64,000 bases of DNA from Chrysomallon squamiferum (Eukaryota; Animalia; Mollusca), in the NCBI GenBank assembly GCA_012295275.1, contig CM022676.1:18848001-18912000 (forward strand). Direction: 5' to 3'. Shown piece after piece: positions 50,488 to 64,000 of this stretch (positions within the stretch are counted from its first letter, which is position 1; each line of letters begins with the position of its first letter). The notes beneath the pieces are model-generated. The model was not told where the DNA came from, made no database searches, and was given only the letters and a program-made list of their open reading frames with translations. The translations under genes and the position numbers were made by a program.

Positions 50488-51335
50488 ATGGATGTCGTCT
50501 TCTTTGTTGTCTTCGCTTTTGCGGGTATGTTATTATTTAGTTATTTGTTTATTATATTTTATTTGTTAAATTATATTGAAGAAGATTGTTGTTGTTTTCT
50601 TTCGTTCGTCCTTTCTTTTTAATGAAAAGATCAATCTTATCTCTCTTTCTTTTTTTTTATGAATTTATTTACATATTATCTATATGTATTATTTGGCTAT
50701 TTTTCCATTATATTATATGATATTATATTATTGTATATTATCTATTTAAATGCATCATATATAACATACAATATTCTTATTTATTTATTATCTGTGCTAT
50801 ATATAGAGTGTTATATTCTTATTTGTGTATTTATCAGTACAGTATATAACGTGTTGTACTGAGTATTATACACTTACGTGTTTATGTATTCGTGCTGTAT
50901 ACAAAGTGTACTTATAAACTAATTTGCATACAGCTGTCAGAACGTGTCGGTGTCAGAGTGTTGACGAGTTGTGTCAGTCGGCGCTCACCGTCGACTGTGA
51001 GGGGGGATACGTGCCCGAGGGGGACGAGACGCTCTGCGGGTCAGACAACAACACGTACACAAACCAGTGAGTACCCCGCCCGCTCTACAGACCACACGAC
51101 ACACATGCATATTGAACGTTTAAGACAGACACTTACACATCCAGACACCTTACACATACATACACATACACATACAGACACTCACTCACGTATTTATCTT
51201 ACACTTACACTACAGATTACACTACAGTTTAAACAGGTAAATATTTACACATACAGACACTTACATATATTACTTGCTCGGCAGATACTGTTTAAACAGG
51301 TATTTAATATATTATATGATATAATATCTCTCAGA

Positions 51336-51367
<32 letters not shown>

Positions 51368-51482
51368 ATGACTGAATCAATTGTTGTTGTAGTAATGACA
51401 ATAATAGTAGTAGTAATATTAACATCATCATCATCTTCACTTCTACAACTACTGTGACAATTATCATATATTATTTGTCAGC

Positions 51483-51521
<39 letters not shown>

Positions 51522-53242
51522 TACTTACTTACTTACTTACTTATTTTCAGATGCTATTTCGTTAAAGAAAAGTGTATAGTTACTGATTTAAAAATACTAT
51601 ACCTGGGACCTTGTTTAAACATTACAACAGCAGAGACAACGACATCAGCATCAACAACGATAATGACAACTGCTACTATGGCGACCTCGGATATTTTGGA
51701 CGAATGGCAAATTCTGAAGCAGGTTTTTTGCTCTAGCAGCGCCACCTTGGTCTGTGACGACTCACCTAACACAATTTGCGGATCTGATAAAGAAATTTAT
51801 TTTAACAGGTAAAATTAATTCTGTCTGGATGTTTGTACGTGTGTCGGTCTCTGCTTTAGTCATGCTATGAGTTGATGATGTTTTAATATGCTGAGACTAC
51901 TTCTGTCTATCTATGCATCCATCCATTTATCTGTCTTTCTATCGATCTGTCAGGCAGAGAGACAGACAGACACAGAGAGACAGACAGAGACAGAGAGAGA
52001 CACAGAGTGAGAAACAGAGAGAGTGACTGAGACAAAGACAGAGAAACAGAGAGAAAGTGACTGAGAGAGAGACAGATAGAGAGTGACTGAGAAAGAGAGA
52101 CAGATAGATACAGAGAGAGAGTGACAGAGAGAGACAGATAGAGACAGAGAGAGAGAAACACAGAGAGACAGAGAGTGACTGAGAGAGACTGAGAGAGACA
52201 CACAGACAGAGACAGAGAGAGACAGTGACTGATAGAGCGACAGAGAGACAGACAGAGAGAGAGTGACTCAGAGAAAGTGACAGAGACAGACAGATAGAGA
52301 CAGAGATATAGAGTGACTGAGAGACAGAGAGAGACAGACAGAGAGTGACTGAGAGAGACTGGGAGAGAGTGACTGAGAGAGACAGGGAGAGATAGTGACT
52401 GAGGGAGACAGAGAGCGTGACTGAGAAAGAGACAGAGACAGAGATACAGAGAGTGACTGAGAGAGACACAGAGAGACACAGAGACAGAGAGTAACCGAGA
52501 GAGAGATAGAGCGATATATAGAGAGAGAGTGACTGAGAGATAGACAGAGAGTGTGACTGAGATAGACAGAGAGAGTGACAGATAGAGACAGAGAGAGACA
52601 GAGAGAGTGACTGAGAGAGAGACAGAGAGACAGAGAGACAGAGAGAGAGTTACTGAGAGAGACAGAGTGACTGAGAGAGACAGAGAGATATACAGAAAGA
52701 GACAGAGAGAGTGTGTCTGAGAGAGACACAGAGAGAGAGTGACTGAGAGACAGAATGACGGAGAGAGAGACAGAGAGACAAAGACAGAGAGTTACTGAGA
52801 GAGTCAGAGAGAGACAGAGAGAGATAGAGACAGAGAGAGAGTGATTGAGAGAGACAGAGAGACAGAGGCAGAGTGAGAGTGTCAGAGAGAGACAGAGAGA
52901 CAAAGGGAGTGAGTGAGAGAGACAGAGATAGAGAGACAGAGTGAGAGACAGAGAGCCAGAGAGATAGAGACAGAGAGAGAATGACTGAGAGAGAGGCACT
53001 GAGAGAGAGAGTGACTGAAAGACAGAAAGAGACAGAGAGTGACTGAGAGAGAGACAGCGAGAGACAGAGGGACAGAGAGAGACTGAGAGAGAGGGTGACT
53101 GCGAGAGATAGATAGAGAGAGAGATAGAGAGCCAGAGAGAGAGACACAGAGAGAGACAGACAGAGAGTGACCGAGAGAGATAGAGAGAGAGAGATAGAGA
53201 GCCAGAGAGAGAGACAGAGAGAGACAGAGACAGAGAGTGACT

Positions 53243-53336
<94 letters not shown>

Positions 53337-53800
53337 CGTCGTTAATCTCACACAGCCAGGCCACATTAAAACTTCCATCTTCAATTCCAATCTGCGCTGA
53401 CATCATGTAGAGAGATCACTTTAAGTATCTCGTCCATTCAGAAATATACGCATTCATTCATACATTCATTTGTTCGTTCCTCCGCTCATTCAATGAGTTG
53501 TTAGTGTAGTCCTCATTCGTTCGTTTGTTAGTGTATCCCTCATTCGTTCATTTGTTAGTGTATCCATCATTCGTTCATTTGTTAGTGTATTCCTCATTCG
53601 TTCGTTTGTTAGTGTATCCCTCGTTCGTTCATTCATCTTCCAGCTGTGACTGGTTTAAGTTTGCTTTCAGCTGTTTTTTCGCGAAGGCGAAGTGTTTGGA
53701 CGACTCGCTCAGCGTGCTGCCTCTCGACCAGTGCACGAGCATCATCGGACGTCGCCGGAAACGAAACGCGCCAACGAAACAGTGGGCAGCAAATCCGTGA
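50488..53800 (+). CDS. Secreted two-domain Kazal-type protease-inhibitor-like protein with Thr-rich linker, ~185 aa
   Basis: Exons 50488-50524 (hydrophobic signal start), 50934-51066, 51551-51808 and 53671-53800 (558 nt, phases 1, 2, 2). Kazal motifs LCGSDNNTYTNQC...YLGPC and ICGSDKEIYFNSC...LDQC; C-terminus IIGRRRKRNAPTKQWAANP. Confidence 0.85.
51950..53335. repeat. Degenerate GA-rich repeat (gagagtgactga motif) in Kazal gene intron
   Basis: Seen directly; source of the SL-rich ORFs. Confidence 0.9.
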
Positions 53801-54723
53801 AGTGCGCATGCGCCAAGAAACACGTACCGGGTGTGTATATGGAACAGAATCTCAGGCATGAACTGACTGTAACGGAATTAGACTTCTTTTTTGTGTTTCT
53901 GTTTGCTTGATTTGTGTTTTCTACGCCGGTCGCTCCGATGTACAATGAGACAGACGGACAGACACATTCTAAGTACACATTTTAAATACACATTTATGTA
54001 CAGCACACAACACATATACACACATAGACACATATGGTAATAGAAAAAACAAGACAAAAACAGAATTGTATGGAAAATAATACATTTGCTTCGCATGGGA
54101 CACACACAAACATTTACATGAACTGGTTAGTGTGTTTGTCAAAGAACTATTTTAAGTGTTATAATTAGTACAATGTAATCTGGTCCCATTTTTTCTTTTA
54201 TACAACACATATGGTAACAACGTGTATGTGCGTGTGCGTGTGTTTGTGCATTTAGTGTAATTAGTGTATATACTTTTCGTGTTATATATAAATGCAGTAT
54301 ACAGTGTTGTGTATTTTAACACAGTCTATGATATTTCAAAATCGCTCTCTGCCAGTACTGAACTGACAAAGCACTGTTACTAGTGTGTGTTCGCACTTTC
54401 TCTATATTTAGAAAAAAAGTTAATATATTGCCATGTTTTAATAAAACATTTGTTTAATTATTATTAACTTCTATTATTTATTTGTTTTATCTTATTTTAT
54501 TTTATGTTGTTTTACTTTATTTACTTACTTAATCGCATACTTTGTTGCTTACTGATTATTTATTGCGTGCCCTGTTTTTGTTTCTCTAGTATCTTACTAT
54601 TATAATATTATTATTATGTGAAACACATTGTAATTATCATCATCTCTCAAGCATGGATATACATTTATTATCATAGAATCAAAACAAATTTTATTACATC
54701 ACCTGACGGAAACGCACGAAGGG

Positions 54724-59758
<5,035 letters not shown>

Positions 59759-60168
59759 TTCTGACTGGAACCGAACCAGCAGACTGGAAAGTGTCAGAGA
59801 ACGTGCGTGGCGCATATAAATGTTATCTTAGACGTTAAATATTTAAAACAAAACTTTTTTTACTGTTATTATCACCACATATGTTCGTCTTCACGTTTAT
59901 TTTTATTTTTTGTTTGTTCATTATCTGAATAAAAATTTAAAAAGATAAAAAAAACAAAAAAAAATAAAATAAAATAAAGATTATGACGATGACGATGATG
60001 ATAGTAATAATAATGATAATACTAACAATAAATAATATATATATATATAATACGTACATACAGGTTATATATATACGTACATACATTCACACACATACAT
60101 ACATTCATATTGTTGTTGAAAAGAACAAAATAAAACGGATGGAAAAGGGTAGAGACAGATATTAATCA

Positions 60169-60277
<109 letters not shown>

Positions 60278-61173
60278 CTGTTTGTCTGTGTTTCTCTGTC
60301 TCTTTCTTTATTTCTATCTCATTTTTTACATGTTAAAAGTTTTTTTTTGTATTTATTAACGAAATCAATAATAATAAATAAATACGAATTAATAAGTGTG
60401 CCTGTATATTTATGTATAAATATGTCAGTATTTGTACGCGAGTATGGATGATTATATTCTGTTAATATTTATCTGCATTTGTTTATTTTATTGTTGTTTT
60501 TTGGCTTATATTTATTTATTTATTTATTAATTTGTTTCTTGTTTGTTTCTTTATTGATTTTAACAATACAAAAATAAATTATTGAAATTAATAACTTCAA
60601 AAAATAACAACTTGATTCTATTACTTTAAAAAAAAAAATGTAATGGGATGGACTTACCTTTTCTTCTTTCTTTCTTTCTTCCATATATTTTTTTTATTCG
60701 TATTTTTCTTTTTTTAGAGACAATTTTCCTAACAGCTGATGTAATATTCTGATAAACATGTTCCGGGTTTTTCTGTTATCAAAGATTTTCTTACAGGTAA
60801 ACAGCAAATGTCGTGTCAACAGATATCTGAAAACACGTGACGTGTGCATGAAAATCCCACAGTAAATTGCCCACCATCTTCTCATGTCTCTGTACTTAAC
60901 TACCCGTGTATATGTGCGTGTGCGTGTGCGTGTCTGTTAGCGCATCCAGGGTTTGCTAGGGAATACGGGAAGATGTGTTATGTGAACCCAGACTGCTTAG
61001 ACAAGAGAGAGATAGTATAAATACTGTTAAAACATGAACATCAACATGAACTAATTAGTTATGAACGAAAACTTTACTGAATGAAATGTCGATATTTTCG
61101 CGTCTTAAGTTACTACAACGCTAACTTGTTTCTGATGATGATGATGATGATGATTATTATTATTATTATTATT

Positions 61174-61216
<43 letters not shown>

Positions 61217-61960
61217 TCTATTATAATAAAGGCTTACCTTAAAAATTTTGACCGCTTTTACTAAACTGAGCAATATTTGCCACATCACTGAACGAACTTG
61301 TAGCTATATATGACGTCAAACTATTATTGGTGACGTTTTGTTTACACTGGTATAAAGAATATAATGTCGAATTGTTAATTTACAGCAGCTAACATGGCGT
61401 TATTTCTGATTTTCTCCGAAAGCGCGTAAGAGTTTTAAGAAGCCAAAACGCACACGCACGCACACATACACAGCAATACACAAGCAACAAATTTCATTGT
61501 GTCTTAAATTAAAACAATGTTGTTTTATTTCTATGAATCTCTATTGTTTAAGGAGGAATTCAAGGAAAAAGAAATCGGAATGGCGTACTGGAAACAAAAG
61601 AGGTGAGTTTTTAAATCAGTAATGATTATATTGACGACATACAAAGAGTCACACATGTTCTTTGTTGTTTACTGTTATTATTTTTATTTGTCTTGAACGA
61701 AAGAACTATCATTATATTAGATGTAAATTCATCATAGCAGTAATTTTAATTTTTCATCCCCAAAACCCCTATTATCGCTAACAAAATTTAACATAAAACT
61801 AAAATGTAATCATTTTGTTAAGAAATATAGTCTGTTTAACAAACTGACTCAGAATGGTGACGAAATTTTAGCGTAATATGTTAAATAAACAATGTTTATT
61901 TATTTATTTATTTATTTATTTATTTTTGTTTAATAATTTATTTTATTATTACTTTTAGGC

Positions 61961-62081
61961 ATGGCTTCATCAGTCATTTTTAAAATTGTTTTTCTCATAG
62001 TTTTTCTCTCTAATGTTTTTGTTCAAGGTGAGTTTAATATAAAACTTAAAATTTAATTATTAGTTTTATACTCAGTATTTT

Positions 62082-62122
<41 letters not shown>

Positions 62123-62568
62123 AACTTTATTTACTACTTTCTTTATTTTCATTACCTTATTTATTTTATGTATTTTATTTCATTAATTCTTTAATTGTTT
62201 CCATCTGACAGCTCCTATGGATCTTTCAGGGTCAATGACCCGAGCTGTACTAAACCAGCCTTTGACCTTCACCTGCATTGTTACAAAAGCCTTGGATCAA
62301 GTCTACACTCTGTACTTCTTGTGGAAGACGGAGACAGGACTCGATCTCTTAGCCTCTGTAGAACAGAAGGTTGCCACATGCTCCGTGTACAACACCTCCC
62401 CCCCAGGATACATGGTGTACTGCGGAACAGGAACGTGGAACGTTTCGTCTGATATGAAAATGTACGTGTTGAAGATTGATAGACTGAGTGCACGCGACTT
62501 TACAGACTGGCAGTGCATGCTGGAAGTGTCAGATACTTTCAAAAACATCATCACTCTGCATCTGAAAC
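61961..62568 (+). CDS. 5' part of a signal-peptide + Ig-like domain protein (probably continues beyond window)
   Basis: Exon 61961-62027 (MASSVIFKIVFLIVFLSNVFVQ) and phase 1-1 exon 62212-62568 with LTFTC...YVLKIDRLSARDFTDWQC Ig signature plus an extra internal Cys pair. An upstream donor AG|gtgagt at 61602 suggests a 5'UTR exon. Confidence 0.75.
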
Positions 62569-63009
62569 GTAAGTAAATTTATCTCATATCACTGGTGTAG
62601 TTTGAATTATTGTATATCTCTAAACCTGTAATATATGCATGTACATCACTGATCAGAACCCAGGTACAAATCTTTTATTCAGCATGCTTCAAATTATTTT
62701 ATCACTCTATGCCTACAACATAAGTACATTTGTCACATGAGAATAATTTGAAATATTTATTCACTCGACACATACACCATAAAGACATGTATTGCATTAG
62801 TTGATCTTAGAGTCAAATCTTCAGACAAGTATAGATTTAATTAGTTTTTTTGATTCTATATCTGCAATGTAAACTATTTTGTTTTCTCATTGCTTGGTTC
62901 CCAGAATCAAGTGTTCTACCCAGTATGGTTTGAATTATTTTATATCTTTACACATACAATATAATAAATTTAACTCATTGCAGAGTATCAAATCATCTCG
63001 CATGTATAT

Positions 63010-63270
63010 ATTGAATTATTTTATCACTTTACACATGTGTACATTGAATTATAATATTGCTTTGCACATACAACATAAAGAAATTGAACTCATTGTTTGA
63101 GTCCAAGGTTCAGACCTTCACATCATTATATTTGAATTATTTTATCACTTTACACATGTGTACATTGAATTATAATATTGCTTTGCACATACAACATAAA
63201 GAAATTGAATTCATTGTTTGAGTCCAAGGTTCAGACCTTCACATCATTATGTTTCAATTATTTTATTGCT
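63010..63270. repeat. ~122-bp tandem duplication within a degenerate ~60-bp repeat region
   Basis: ttgaattattttatcactttacacatgtgtacattgaattataatattgctttgcac... occurs twice. Confidence 0.8.
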
Positions 63271-64000
63271 TTACCCTTAAGCAGTTATCTGTTCTTCCTT
63301 ATAAATCAAATATCCTTACTTGAATGTTTTGAGTTATCTTCATCAGTTTGCATTAACTAATCTTCTACCAGTCCTCAAGAATAGCAGAAACTTGATCAAA
63401 CCTTCACATCAGAATACTTTGAGTTATTTAATCAGTCTATAGCTACAACACAAAGGAATGTTTCTCACTGGTCAAGTCTCAGTAGAGTTTGAATTCATTT
63501 ATCACTTTACATCTGCACAGAAGTAAACTTTTCCCATTACTTATAACCCAGGATCAAATCTCCCACCAGTATACTTTGAATTTGTTATTGCTTTGTTTTA
63601 AGTAATTATGTATTGTCTCTGATAAATTATGTCTTGTCTCGTATGTTTTGGGTTATTTCAATCAGTTTGCATTAACTAATCTTAGTTCTCAAGAATAACA
63701 GAATGCTTGTTCAAATCTTCACATCAAAATACTTTGAATTATGAAACCTTCATCCTTGCATCCTTTGAGACACAATATTACAGTGTTTTATTATTATTAC
63801 TGAAATGGTACTAGTATGTGAAAACAATATTACATATCTCACTTACACTAACTGATCTGAGTTACAATGCTTTGCTTTCAGTGTCATTGTTTTCCAAACA
63901 CAAGTTACAGAGCCAAACTCACAACATTTCTAATTTCTGGAGAAAATCATATTAGTTTTTGGGAAACAAAATCAACTTTATGTCATTATACTAACCCAAT

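Noticed and set aside
61580-61983. Upstream ATG at 61580 as start of the Ig gene
   Set aside because: After splicing to 61959 it is out of frame with the signal peptide and stops quickly; at most a uORF.

Overview
AT-rich, microsatellite- and minisatellite-dense eukaryotic DNA, probably an invertebrate. The gene content looks mollusc/gastropod-like, but that is inference. Most long entries in the ORF track are repeat artefacts, and the real genes are spliced. Eight multi-exon genes could be assembled by hand from GT-AG junctions with consistent reading phases. (1) A minus-strand domesticated pogo/Tigger-like gene with two tandem psq-HTH/CENP-B-HTH/DDE modules and a single-base frameshift; it runs off the left edge. 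(2) A head-to-head Myb/SANT-like (trihelix) gene. (3-5) A tandem cluster of three paralogous secreted precursor genes (27.6-49.2 kb) encoding 4, 9 and 2 His/Asp-rich C-C-CC-C-C (knottin-framework) domains. They are built entirely from phase-1 exons, including 12-nt micro-exons, and are punctuated by KR cleavage sites. They are almost invisible in the ORF track and are the most interesting system here. (6) A two-domain Kazal-type protein. (7) A secreted lysozyme-like/VWA/3x chitin-binding protein. (8) The start of an Ig-domain gene. Also present: a TIR-bounded MITE and many minisatellites, several sitting on or next to splice junctions.
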